Both the position numbers and the translations under genes were made by a program. Source: Tubiluchus corallicola (Eukaryota > Animalia > Priapulida). From it: DNA of 64,000 nucleotides. The DNA lies in the NCBI GenBank assembly GCA_030141605.1, contig JAQGDQ010000151.1, positions 1 through 64,000 of the forward strand. The letters are read 5' to 3'. Shown here piece after piece: positions 34,201 to 46,836 of the stretch. Positions within the stretch are counted from its first letter, which is position 1, and the number at the start of each line of letters is the position of its first letter. The notes below the pieces were generated by a model. The model was given only the letters and a program-made list of their open reading frames with translations, did no database searches and was not told where the DNA came from.

Positions 34201-34822
34201 TCCGCTAGAAATATATTCCCCAGAGGTCACGTGGCGTATGAGTGTCTTGTGGGAGTGATTAAGCAGGCCATGAAGAAAGCTCTGTGGAAAGCTACGTTAA
34301 ACAACAATGGACTGTAAACTCTCATAATGCAGATCAAAAGTCTGATGAACACTAGGCCACTGCTTAACATTTCATCGAGTCCTGAAGAACTCACAATGTT
34401 GACACCAGCTAACTTCATCATGCGTATGGGAAAACTAAGCATTTCTACAACGGACGAAGATGTTTTGGACGATGCAGATGGGCAACCGAAAGCTAGATCA
34501 GTTTTGGAGTGTATGGCATAAGCACTATCTACACTCATTGAGAAAAACCCACCAAGTGCACTTTCGATGGGAACGTGCAGAAATCCCAGGAAAACCTACA
34601 GTTGGAGAAGTTTCCCTGATTCAAGATGCTACTCCACGTGCAACATTGAAGATTGGAAAGATTTTAGACTTCCTACCTTCACAAGATGGCGAGGTGCGCT
34701 TTGTCAGCATCAAGCTCCCAACTGGTTATGTAACGAGAAGAGGGGTGAAAGATTTGGTTCCCTTAGAAACGAGTTTCGAGGCAGGTGAAACTAAAGACAC
34801 TACACAACTGTTGACATGCTGA
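31228..34822 (+). mobile_element. Degenerate BEL/Pao element(s): gag, RT, RNase H, integrase and DUF5641 remnants
   Basis: PELFKGD...FESLI; VYDAS...SLN..IHAGP...GILLRFR...ADIEEAF; TDASK, TLPWLEL, NPA; MDYIGP; LTPANF; FWSVWHKHYL...SQDGEVR. Many stops and frameshifts. Confidence 0.88.
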
Positions 34823-37388
34823 CGGCAGGATCTCGTTTTGAACGACCAAAAATCATAAAAAATACATTTAATTTACAATTAGATTAATAACCTGTAAAAC
34901 CGCTGTTACTGTAGTAGATATGGCTTCTATCTGTCTGTCACCTATTCTAAAAATGAGTTTAACTGAATAGTGAATGGTTGCTCTGGTTTGCTATATTCTG
35001 TACTACCAGTTGGCTTTTACAAGACATTATATGCAGACCTGTATTTCTGTGGGGACTTCTATATCAATAAACGTTTTAAGTATATTCTATTGTTATACAA
35101 TTTGCAAACATGACAATATTAAAATCAATAATTCCCCAATTGAAATCATTCAGGAAATATTATTTCAATTTGATATGATAATTCATTATAATAATATCAT
35201 AATTTATTATCGCACATTAATTTATAATAATATAATAATAATAAGAGCTTTATTTAAAATTGATAACACATTAACCATGCACCAGTTGTATCCAAAGTGG
35301 TCCACAAAGAATATGTGTACTGTACAGTATTATAAGATAAATTAATTAAGATCATTTGACCATACAAATCAAAAATAAAGCAAATTAATAAAAATACACT
35401 ATTTAAAATGCATAAAACAGAAATAAAGTAGCCTACACTTAATATATAAAAAGCTTAAACGTGACAATAAAGATAATAAAGAGAAATTAAGAACATATCA
35501 AAACTTTTTATAATCTACCCTGCAAAATTACATTTTAAAGTAATGTTTAATAAACATTGACCTTTATTACGAATAACTACCGCTATTACACTATTGATCA
35601 TCCAAACTATGATTTTCAAAATGCAACACTATTAATAACAGCCGCACTTTAATCCAATCACGACAAATTGGCATAGGGCCGAGAAAGGCTTTTCTTAAAG
35701 GAATCCATCCGACTTAATGCAACTTAAGACATCTGATTGAACAGCCAGCACTGTGTGTTTGGCAGATCTGGCAGTGTAGTGGAATGTTTAGTGGCAAGCT
35801 AAGCAGGTTTGACAACATGGTAATTTTATTTGTAAATATTTTTGGCAATAGATGCTATTGTTTTTAACATTTCAAAAATTTAGTATAGTGGTGAATTTCC
35901 CAGATCTGTCAGCCTGGTGAGCTTGGCAGCATGGCCGGTTAGCCAGAATGATGTCATGGCATTCTGGGTAAAGGTCTAGTGTATGGGACTTATATAGAAA
36001 TATACTACATTGTGACGGTGCATGGTGAAAGGCTGCTTGGCATAAAAAAGCTTCATGAAAGTTAGACATTTTCAAACCTGTCTGTATGAAAAATTTGCGA
36101 AAGATAAAAAATAGTTCACTTTTCATACAAGTTTGATGGAATTACTGTAAATGAGCACAATGACACCCTCTCTATACTCAATAATTAGACAGCACCCTGT
36201 TGAAAAACTTTGCCTATTTTTTCACAGGTAAGCCATCTGTAGAATAAGTTAAACTTGATTTGTGTGATATTGCTCCTTTAGTGGCCTCTGCATGTGCGAG
36301 AGCTGCCATAGGGTTATTAACATATATTTAAAAATTCGCTAACGTTTTTCTTCAAATGTGCTGAATAATGTTTTTTTCATGCATGCTGCTGGATGTTCAA
36401 AAAATTATCCAACTATGATGAATGCAAAATGCGAAACCATGTATCACTTCTGGATATTATGCAGAACCTTCTGGAATGCTATTCAAGTGACTATTGTGGG
36501 AATTGTGGAGGCCACTCCAGCGACCTATATGCTAGCCTATATCTAACTTACGCCAGTGAACCATACTTTCTAAAAGGTAATGAATGGGTAAGAAGCTGTT
36601 GAAAAAGTACAAACACTTTAGTTAATACACTAAGTCCTTGCTTAACAACGCTAATGCATTCCAGCAAACCACGGCATTTAACGGCGTTAAACGAAACCAA
36701 GACTTCCATAAAAAAATTATAAAGGAATTGAGATATGTGCCAGAGGTTAAAATCAGTGTGCTTTAAACATATAAATTGAATGTTTCATGGGTCAAATCAT
36801 ATTTCTACCGATTAATTTCTTTCTGCTTTCTTGAAATCACTGATCTTTCTTACCAATATTTAGCAGTTCAATTCAGTAGTTAAATCCTGCATTGTGAAAG
36901 CCAAGCCCTGTGGCAACCTTGAGATATTTTCATCTGGATACTCAGTCTGGTTGCTATAGGAACAGGTTGTGGCCAAAATTCTTTCAACTAAAGTTTGCAT
37001 TCGGATGCCAGAAGAATTGATCGTATTATGCTTGATACAAACGGCTAGCATTTAATAGTTAGTCATGAAAAAACACAATAATTGTACTGTTTTACATTAT
37101 TAGTGCATTTCAGAATAGAATAATGCAGCATGTACTGTTTTATTCAAATGTCGATCAAGTAAAAAATGACTTTAAGGATTGTTAAAGTTAAACATGCATC
37201 CCTAAGTGAGGGAACGGTGTCAAATGTTCAGCATCGTTAAAACGAAACGTCGCTAAGCAGGGAGCTGTTAGGCAAGGGGGGCTTACTTTCCTATAATACA
37301 GTGGCAATCGTGCACAATGTGTAAGACAATTTAATTTTTTCAATTTTTCCTCTTGATAGTGCAAGCAACAATACTCTAGTTTGGCGCT

Positions 37389-37715
37389 GGCGCTATTACA
37401 CTTTCGCACCTAGTTTTTTCTGGCCTATTATTTGTTTTCACGCCTGCAGGCCAGAAAACAGACCAACAGGCGTAATATACACCATATTCTCATAATATTA
37501 TTGGTTTATAGGCCTTACAATTCCAGATTAAAGTCATACATTACTTACCGTCACCAACACGCAAGAAACTCCACGTGAATAACTGTTTACACCACTCATG
37601 CGCAATCGCTCTCGCGCAGTGACGTCTGTGGCCCTTAACCGGTGTTTTTAGTTTCTTTGCATTATGATTATTATGGTGGCACCCATGGGAGTTTGTATAG
37701 TATTACAGTGTTCCC
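37389..37715. mobile_element. Truncated copy of the MITE at 38300-38970, in the opposite orientation
   Basis: Starts with the TIR ggcgctattacactttcgcacc and is a diverged reverse complement of ~38635-38970. Confidence 0.8.
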
Positions 37716-38023
37716 TCGCTACTTCAAAAATATTAATGTAAAATATTTATCGCGATATCTTCGCTGTTCGCTATAATAGCTTAGCCAGTCAATTTAATGA
37801 ATTGAGTCAACAATTTGAGACTCACAACAAAACCTTGAAGGCTCAAGCTTCTCAAATTTTTCATTAAAGGACTCACAGGTGCAACAAACATTAACTCAAC
37901 AAATCCAACATTTACCAAAATTTTCCGGCGAACCTAAACTGGCACTTTGAAATATCGAGATTGGATTGATAATATCGAACAATCTTTAAAGTTAACTCCG
38001 ACTTTATTAACTTCACGAGCTAC

Positions 38024-38236
38024 TGTGACGTGTTCTTATCTGTGGCTAACATTTTAATGTTTGGTCTTACTAAGATTTCCCTTATTATTTAAGCGGGCTC
38101 ACCACGAGGTAGAAGTTACGTAATGTGGGATTTGCTTTGTTCACATGGTTATCTAAACTGATGCTCATTTAATAAATGTTTGTTTTAGTATTCACTAATT
38201 ATTCAACTGTTGTGGCTGTATCTTGCAAACGTTACA
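38024..38236 (+). repeat. Gypsy 5' LTR
   Basis: tgtgacgtg...cgttaca; I see only 2 substitutions versus 42307-42519. Confidence 0.95.
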
Positions 38237-38251
38237 TGGTAGTACGGATGG
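38237..38251 (+). promoter_or_regulatory. Primer-binding site, degenerate tRNA-iMet type
   Basis: tggtagtacggatgg directly follows the LTR; compare TGGTAGCAGAGGATGG, the complement of the initiator tRNA-Met 3' end. Confidence 0.6.
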
Positions 38252-38299
38252 AAGTTATCGGCAAGTGCTTAACTACTGATACGCTGATAACATCACTTC

Positions 38300-38970
38300 G
38301 GTGCTATTACACTTTCGCACCGCCTAGCTTTTTCTAGGTTATTACTCGTTTCTAGGCTCGTACGTCATCATTCTATTATTCTTACGTCATCAGTGAGTGT
38401 TTCCGCTAATCTAATTGTAATTTAATCATATATTTAGGTATAATTACCAATAATTACGCTGTATTCACAGTTCTACACAGTATCGCCATCTTGTTTGTGT
38501 GTGTAGTCACGTGACGAATTTCGTACTAGTTTATGCATTATCAGGGCCTAGCTTAAAAGGCACGTGATACACTTTCATCTTAATTGCATTTACCAAATAA
38601 AGAAAAAACCTTTACTTTTATAATCTAATATGTGGGAACACTGTAATATGATACAAACTCCCGTGGCTGCAACCATAATAATCATAAATTATGCAAAAAA
38701 AACTAAAAACACAGGTTAAGGGCCACATACGTCACTGCGCGAGAGCGATTGCGCATTAGTGGTGTAAACACGGTTATTCACGTGGAGCTTTTTGCGTATT
38801 GACGGCGGTAAGTAATGTATGATTTTAATCTGGAATTATAAAGCGTAAAAAGCAATAATATTATGGGAATATGGTGTATATTACGCCTGTTGGTCTGCTT
38901 TCTGGCCTGCAGGCGTGAAAAGAACCAATAGGCCAGGAAAAGCTAGGCGGTGCGAAAGTGTAATAGCGCC
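38300..38970. mobile_element. Non-autonomous DNA transposon (MITE) with TIRs and 9-bp TSD, Merlin- or Mutator-like
   Basis: TIRs ggtgctattacactttcgcaccgcctagctttt / aaaagctaggcggtgcgaaagtgtaatagcgcc; TSD catcacttc at 38291-38299 and 38971-38979. Confidence 0.9.
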
Positions 38971-39026
38971 CATCACTTCTTTACGTAACGCCAAACTTTC
39001 TATCGGGAAGACTGTGGTAAGATAAA

Positions 39027-39260
39027 ATGGCTGACGGCGAAGGTCATGTTCAAGTTACTTCCCCGTATAGTGTTCTACCTGCACCACCTAGACTAGACCT
39101 GCATGGAAATTTAGCTGCGAATTGGCGAAAATTTCGTCGGGTGTGGGACAATTATGAGGTGGCTTTGAAGCTCAATGAAGCAAATGATGCTGTTAGAACA
39201 GCCACATTATTGACCGTTTTGGGTCCTGAGTGTGTGGAAATTTTTGATGGACTAGAATAG
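39027..39260 (+). pseudogene. Truncated Gypsy/Mag gag N-terminus
   Basis: PPRLDLHGNLAANWRKFRRVWDNY...ATLLTVLG is a typical Mag-lineage gag start; it is cut off by the inverted segment. Confidence 0.8.
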
Positions 39261-39265
39261 CAGAC

Positions 39266-39569
39266 AAAACAAACTTTTTTTAAATGAGCATCAGTTTAGA
39301 TAACCATGTAAACATAGCAAATCCCACATTACGTAACTTCTACCTCGTGGTGAGCCCGCTTAAATAATAAGGGAAATCTTAGTAAGACCAAACATTAAAA
39401 TGTTAGCCACAGATAAGAACACGTCACATCCTCTTCGTTTTAAAAGTAAGTAACGTAGACCAACTAAACTGAAAAACATCAATGTAGGCAGATATCAAGG
39501 TCACAAAATTAAAGGTCAACATCAAGGTTATTAATACTCAAACTAGGTAACATAATCATTAAGAAACTT
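39266..39569 (-). repeat. Inverted copy of the element's own 3' end (pol end, 3' UTR, PPT, most of the LTR)
   Basis: Reverse complement of ~42166-42468; the same terminal peptide KFLNDYVT appears on the minus strand. Confidence 0.92.
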
Positions 39570-42192
39570 GTTGTTCAACCATGTAGGCGACTTCCTTATA
39601 ACATGCGAGATAAATTTAAAGCTGAACTTGACAGACTCGAACAAAACAACATCATTGAACGTGTAGACCACCCTACTGACTGGGTTAACGCTTACACAAC
39701 TGCTACTAAACGTTCGGGCAGTATCAGAATCTGCTTGGATCCTAAACCACTGAATAAGGCTATCAGACGAGAAATCTACCATATTCCTACAATGGAGGAG
39801 CTTACTCCTAGACTGTGCAATGCGAAGCTCTTTTCTACTTTCGATGTGACGAGTGGGTTTCATCACATGAAGCTAGACGAAAAGACCAAAGATCTAACAA
39901 CATTTGATACTCCGTTCGGTAGATATCGTTATACTAGAGCTCCGTTTGGGATTTCGGCTTGGCCTGAGATTTTTCAGAAGAAAATGGATGAGCAAATACA
40001 AGGCCTAAAAGGAATAGAAGACTTCCACGATGCCGTACTAATTTATGGTTGTGGTGCTACCATTACAGAAGCCGGTGTTGACAATGACCACAAACTGAGA
40101 GCATTCTTTGAACGATGTCGTGAAAGAAATATAAAACTGAATCCAGATAAAAGTCAGATTTGACGTAGTGAAGTGCGATACCACGGGCATATTCTGAGTG
40201 CTAATGGTATTAAAGCTGACCCCGACAAGGTCGTAGGGGTGCAAAATATGCCAGCTCCAATCGATAAGACGGGAGTAAGAAGACTGTGTGGTTTTGTCAA
40301 TTACTTGGCAAAGTTTTTGCCTATGCTTTCTGAAGTCTTAAAACCTATTAGTAACCTAATGTCTGACAAAACAGAATTCAGATGGAACTCTGAACAAGAA
40401 GAGGCATTTGTACAGGTTAAAAAGCTCATAACTACGTCTCCCGTGCTCAGATATTACAACCCAGATGAAGAACTCACTCTGCAATGTGACAGCAGTCAGT
40501 CAGGCTTAGGTGCATGTCTAATGCAGAATGGTCAACCAGTTGCGTTCGCCTCTCGAACTTTGACTGCAACTGAACAGAACTATGCGCAACTTGAAAAGGA
40601 AATGCTGAGTCTAATTTTTGGTATTCAAAAGTTTGACCACTACTGCTACGCTCGTAAAGTAAAGCTGGAAACTGATCACAAGTCTCTAGAATCCATACTC
40701 AAGAAGAGCATACTTAGTGCTCCTAAGAGAATACAGCGCATGATGTTGGTGCTGCAGAACTACGATGTTGAAGTAGTATATAGGAAAGGAGCAACCATGC
40801 TGATGGCTGACACCTTGTCTCGTGCTTTTCTCCCCGAGACTGATGACATTGCTTTAGAATTTGAAACTGTACGTGCTTTGGAATACGTACCTGCTACTTT
40901 TAAAGATGAGAAACTTGAATTGCTCAAAGTGGCTACAGTGACCGATCCAGAGATGAAAGCTTTGCAATCTATGATTAGGTCTGGCTGGCCTTGCAAAGTA
41001 TCTGAGGTACAACCAGATCTACCGCAATATTTTAATTATAGAGATGAACTGGCAATAAATGAAGGTTTGATATTTAAAGCTGAGAGAATTGTATACCCAC
41101 CAAGCGAAAGGCTGTCTTTCATTAGAATGGTTCATGCTAGCCACATGGGAATACAAGGCTGCTTGCGAAGAGCACGTGAAGTTGTATTCAGGCCTCGGAT
41201 GAACGCTGATTTTGAATCTTACATTCAAAAGTGTGAAATCTGTAATGCATATCCACGGTCACAGCAAAAGGAGGAATTGATTCCACAAATTGCAACTCGA
41301 CCATGGCAGATTGTAGGAAGTGATCTGTGTGAGGTAAATAATACTGATTATCTCATAACTGTTGACTATTATTCCAACTTCTTTGAAATAGACAAGCTTG
41401 AATCAAAAGAAGCTAGAACATTCATAACAAAGTTGAAAGCACATTTTTCTCGGCATGGAATTACCAGAAATGCTCCGTTCTGATAATGTGCCATTTGATT
41501 CTCAAGAGTTTAAAACTTTTGCTAAAATTTATGGCTTCCAGCATTAAACTTCTTCACCGAGGTATCCAAAATCAAATGGCAAAGTTGAGAATGCTATCAA
41601 CACTGCTAAGCGTTTGATGAAGAAAGCGCTAGTTGCAAAAGAAGACCCATACTTGTCTCTATTGGCTTATAGAAATACACCAGCGGAAGGTCTTAATGCA
41701 TCACCAGCTCAACGATTGTTTGGAAGACGGACACGAACTACTCTACCAATGCCATCTTCCTTGCTAGAGCCGAAACTTGTGTCAAATACTAGAGAGAAAA
41801 TCATTGCTCAGAAGGATCGCCAAGCTACATATTACAACCAACAGGCGAAACCTTTGATTCAATTAATGGTTGGGGATGTTGTACGTATGGACCCTCTACG
41901 AAAAGGGAAGATGTGGGAGAAAGCTATAGTGATACGGAAGATTGGTGAAAGGTCTTACCTTGTAAAGACTGAAAGTGGAACCGTGTACAGAAGAAACAGA
42001 GTTCATCTGCGCAAGACGTCTGAGACTTATATAGATGAATCTGTATACTGCCCATACGACAACATGAGACAGAAACGAGACGTGATACCAGACAGACTTA
42101 ACGATAACAGACAGAGGAATGATAACGAGATTAGAACACGTTCTGGTAGGCGAATTCAGAGACCTAAGTTTCTTAATGATTATGTTACCTAG
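39570..42192 (+). pseudogene. Gypsy pol (RT, RNase H, integrase) with a stop near 40161 and a frameshift near 41466
   Basis: IRICLDPKPLN, TTFDTPFGRY..TRAPFG, FHDA (degenerate YxDD), QCDSSQSGLG, NYAQLEKE, TDHKSL, H.SHMG...CEIC, VDYYS, SNGKVE, TRSGR. Confidence 0.92.
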
Positions 42193-42306
42193 TTTGAGTA
42201 TTAATAACCTTGATGTTGACCTTTAATTTTGTGACCTTGATATCTGCCTATATTGATGTTTTTCAGTTTAGTTGGTCTACGTTACTTACTTTTAAAACGA
42301 AGAGGA

Positions 42307-42519
42307 TGTGACGTGTTCTTATCTGTGGCTAACATTTTAATGTTTGGTCTTACTAAGATTTCCCTTATTATTTAAGCGGGCTCACCACGAGGTAGAAGTT
42401 ACGTAATGTGGGATTTGCTTTGTTCACATGGTTATCTAAACTGATGCTCATTTAATAAACGTTTGTTTTAGTATTCACTAATTATTCAACTGTTGTGGCT
42501 GTATCTTGCAGACGTTACA
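42307..42519 (+). repeat. Gypsy 3' LTR
   Basis: Direct repeat of 38024-38236, followed by the TSD gctac. Confidence 0.95.
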
Positions 42520-44919
42520 GCTACCGCCTACAAACATTTTTTATTAGGAACTGTTACAGGCGCAGCTGCCCACTTTCTTAGTAAATATCCAAATCTTGAA
42601 ACTAGAACGGTGCAAGAATTAAGAAACGCTTTAAGAGATCTTTATGCAGATAGATTAGAGATTAATAAAGCTTTTATAGGATTAACTCGAGCCAGACAGC
42701 AAAAAGGAGAAGCAATTCAAGCCTTCGGAGATCGGATAATGAAATTAGCGCGTATTGCTAAATCGGAAGATGAAATTATACAACCGGCATTTCAATCATT
42801 TTTAGTCCAATTATTTACATTGGGTATACGCGGAGACCAAGTCAGACAATATTTACTTAGAGAGCCTCCCACAACTTTAGCGATAACCGAAGCAGCAAAT
42901 AGGGATGCTACCGTTGAAATGTGTCAATGTCTTCGATCTTGTTTCCCAGATAATTCCGAACCTATGGAAATTGATTTAATTTCACAAGAATTACCGGAGC
43001 ATTTGCAAGACATGACTTCAAATACGCTACGATTATTTGCAGATTCACTGCTACAACAAGGTCACGTTTTTAGTAATGTACAGAACTCAGTCCAGACGTT
43101 GAACAAGACAGTGGCTTCATTGACACAGTCAAACTCTCAGTCAAGACCAATCCGAGGACACCAATTCGTACCATCCGTTTTCAATAATAATAAGCGAAAA
43201 TTCGGAACAAATACGACTCGTTTTAACGATAATCGTTTGTCTAACAGACCCAACCCTCCATTTCAACGTAATTTTAATAACGGAAATTTACCTTCATGTA
43301 ACAATCGAATGAACTCAGATTTTAGATTTCGACCTCAAATAGACATAATAATTTTACTCCGCGCGCCCAACACAATCTCGTACAACACAATCCAGTTGTG
43401 CGTGTTACAGCTCGGGAAAGAGCCGAGCAATTTTCCAATGATTTATATGAAGATTTCGGCATATTGTTTTAAAAATGCAAATTAAATGTTGGTGTTCTTA
43501 TGTACATGTAAAGCCATAAAAATACCTGAAAGACTATACGCTTAATTCATATTAATTTTTTTATTTACAATCTACCGCATATTACATAATTTGACGACAA
43601 ATATTAACTATAAGAGCATCATAGCTTCAAATTTCTGTGAAGCGGAATTAATAATTCTTTGAAACAGAATTTTGTCAATTTTGAAATGGAAAATCGGAGG
43701 TGTCTACTTAAGCGTGCACTAAGAGCGCGCATTTGTACCTCTGCTAGGATCGGACGCCGACGAGGGATATCAGTAACAGCTTACAACAATCCATTGCTAA
43801 CAAAAACTAATCGGTAATTGCGATTACGAATCAGTGGTATCGTCCATCACTGCAACACAGAGACTGAGCAGAGTATGCAAGTTTTTGTACATTTTATTTA
43901 AAAACATTTATGACCAACCATAGTCCTGCTAATGCACTTTTGATGCCCGAGTACGTTGATAGCTGCAATCCATCGTTTAAAAGTGAATCATACTTCAGCA
44001 TGCTAACGCCACCTTGCTGAAAGAAAATACCACAACATCTTAGTTAGCAAATTCATAACTAACCTGATTCTAAGCTGCAGCATTTGTTTCAATAGCTTAA
44101 ATAGAGACTTGTAATTCATTTTTGGGTACTCAAAAGTAGTTTTTAAAGATACAGAATCAATAACAGTTATAAAATTTCTTATTTCATTCATTTTAAAGGA
44201 AAGAACAAGTCACTCAGTATGTTGGGTTTAAACTTAGAGAAACATAAAAAAAAATTTTGCAAGGAATGCTTATAAAGCTTCAATTTTGAAATGCACTACT
44301 TCTGAACAGAAATTGTCAGATGGCGATGGCTGCTGCCGTTCACTTGAAAATTGTAATAATAATTGGGAGACTTCGTGACTTTTCGTAAGCATCTCGTGGC
44401 TTTCTGTAAGCGCGCGCTGCGTAGATAAATTCAAACTTCAGCAGCTTACCTAATGTGCACGTAAAAATATTACAAAATCAGCTATGCAAGTTTTTCTAAA
44501 AACTTATTATACTTTTGGTGAAGTTAGCAGTGCGCTACTTTTTTCCAAGACGAATGACGTCATGGGAAGACGAATGAGTATTGAAAATGGGAGCACCCAA
44601 GCCGGAAATGATGGTGATTTTAAAGTGATTTTACTAGTTACACGAGGTGCTTATTCCAGTTTTATTACTAAATCCTTCTAACATTTTTCGTAAACATTGA
44701 AATAAACCTAACCTCCTAGAAGACGTGGCCTTTCTCTTAAGAAAGAAATAAGTTATACAGTTTATAGCTACCTGGAAATATAACAGAGTGCAGATAAATC
44801 ACATGTAACAAGCTTAGTTGGGATCTCGCAAAAGATTTTGCTCATAAGTGTCAATAATGCATGAATATCCTACATAATGTTAGTTTATTACCTAATGGCT
44901 TCTTCAGACAAAGAGACTC

Positions 44920-45062
44920 CTCTCTCACAACTTCTCTATGAGAGTAAACGTGTGAACGGTTTGGCAACTTCTCTCGCAACTTGTTGAACGGCTTGGCATT
45001 TTATCTCTTAACTTCCCTCGCAACTTGCTGCAACGCGTGAAAGGCTTGGCAACTTCTCTCTT
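44920..45062. repeat. Short imperfect tandem repeat (gaacggYttggcaacttctctcgcaactt)
   Basis: Three to four degenerate copies; resembles DNA-transposon subterminal repeats. Confidence 0.5.
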
Positions 45063-46025
45063 GCACACAGTTACTGCATGATCTAAAACAGTAATTGTTT
45101 ATGTTACAGTTAACAAACTTGCTTTATTAAATAACGAATTGGAAAAATATGTTATCTCTTAAATGGATGTTATCTCCACTTTTGCAACAAAATGTGACAA
45201 TATTTTCCTCTCTGGCTCCCTGGTAACAGGCATATAGCCCATTCAATGGTGGGCATTATAGGTATAATTAGAATTTGAAAGGTGTGTATTTTTAAGTTCT
45301 TTTTAACCCCCAAGTGCTGCACGAGGTTTGGAAGAATCCATTGTCTTTTAGTTTGAGAAATTACGCGACCGTTCTACGCGTTGTCATCACTCGCAATTCT
45401 TCTGTTGTAGACTGTAAGAGCAAGTTATATCTCTTAGTCTATTATCACCAAAAAAAGCAATAAGAAAAACTATATAGAAGTTCGTGCATTATTGAACATT
45501 AGCAGGTGCATCTAATAGCGTTTGTCATAGCACTCAGTTTTAACTGTGAAAATTGTGTTGCATGGTTTTGCTATGCTGCTGCACTGTTGGTGGGTGTTGC
45601 GGGTGTCGTTGTCATCATCATCACGATCCGCATGTGATTCGGCGGGTTGATGTCAAGTGGCATGGTAGGTGTGGTGAGTGTGCTGAGACAGTGTATTGTG
45701 GTGTCTTTGGTGTGGTATAGTGCAATTGGTTTTGTGTATATGGGTGGTGTGGTGTGGGAAATATGGTGTGGGTAAAGTGGCAGAGCGACAGGGTGTGAGG
45801 GGGTGGGTGGCGTGGTGTAGACTAGGGTGGTGTGGGTAGTGTTAGTGTATTGTGGTGTGTTACAGGTGGTGTGTTGTGAGTGGTGTTGGCGGAGTAGTGA
45901 GGGTATTGTGCTGGGTGTGGTATGGTAAGATATTGGCTTATGCGCAAAATGTTTTGCTGGATTGGCTAGTTACAATAATTACAGATGGTTTGTAATGAGT
46001 GCCGTCTGCAAACCAAAGCAAACAA

Positions 46026-46836
46026 ATGAACAAAAAATTTATAGTAATTTGGCTGACTGCTTGCACTAACTATTTTTGCTTTTTTGGTTGTAGTTGATGA
46101 TACAGCTTGTATCGAGTGATAAATACTAGCCAACAAGCATCAATTTGACATGTACACATCAAGGAATGATCTTTCTTTTCAATATGTCAAATGTCAAGAT
46201 TAAGATTTGTATCTCACAAAGGCCTAGAGCAGATCAGCACAATTACTCCTCTAGGTTTAAAAAAGGTTGCGAAAAATGCAATTTGACTGACTGTAGAAAC
46301 TGTATTATTTAGGATGTTTGCTTTATTTCTAGCAAGGAATTCCTCTTGCACTTTTCACTATCACCAAGAAGTGCATTTTCTGGTCTATAGTTTGGAACTT
46401 TGTGTTATTGACCGTTACTATGACAATGAGAAAAGGTTCAATTTTACATTTGAAATCTGTTTTGGCAACGTAGAACTTTCTTTTCATTCTCACGCTGAGC
46501 TACAACACAGCAATGGAACTAAATACTATGGACAAAAAATTTCAAATTTTCCAAAAGAATATTTTAATCATTACATGGGAAAGGAGTTTACTCACATCTA
46601 CAAGAAGCATGGTATTTTTGCACTAACCATGACACAAAAGTTATATGCTTTTGAATACTGGAAAACTTCTGTAAACGTAACAGTTGCCTGCATAGGAGAA
46701 ACTCATATTGTTGATGCTGGTGGTATCAATAAAGAAAAGGCCAAACAACATCCTTACATTGTTTCCGACGCATTTACGAAGAAGTCGAAGCTGTATGTTT
46801 GTCCTAGTGAGATATCACGATATTACACATGGACTT
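46026..46836 (+). pseudogene. PKD/REJ (polycystin-1-like) N-terminal exon, copy 1, frameshifted and truncated
   Basis: Homologous to 47650-48448; PKD-like ICFGN...FTHIYKKHGIFALTM...VNVTV; similarity stops after YYTW. Confidence 0.6.

Larger units (their letters stand above)
38024..42519 (+). mobile_element. Gypsy (Mag-like) LTR retrotransposon, rearranged, with 5-bp TSD GCTAC
   Basis: 213-bp LTRs, TSD gctac at 38019-38023 and 42520-42524, PBS, PPT-like aaaacgaagagga, gag start and RT-RH-IN order. Confidence 0.95.
37890..43400 (+). pseudogene. Older retrotransposon gag gene split by the Gypsy insertion
   Basis: Left part HLPKFSGEP...RDWIDNIEQSLKLTPTLLTSRAT joins in frame, after removing the element and one TSD, to AYKHFLLGTVTGAA...RQQKGEAIQAFGDRIMKLA...EPMEID. 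Confidence 0.75.

Noticed and set aside
36358-36602. Short Cys-containing ORFs ending near a possible donor site
   Set aside because: No recognisable homology or convincing acceptor; could not be tied to GT49 or any other gene.
42493-43485. 330-aa ORF as an independent or env-like gene
   Set aside because: Its first codons come from the Gypsy 3' LTR; the rest is the downstream half of the interrupted older gag.
43700-44400. Possible Harbinger-like transposase relic on the minus strand
   Set aside because: Too degenerate; no catalytic motif could be read with confidence.
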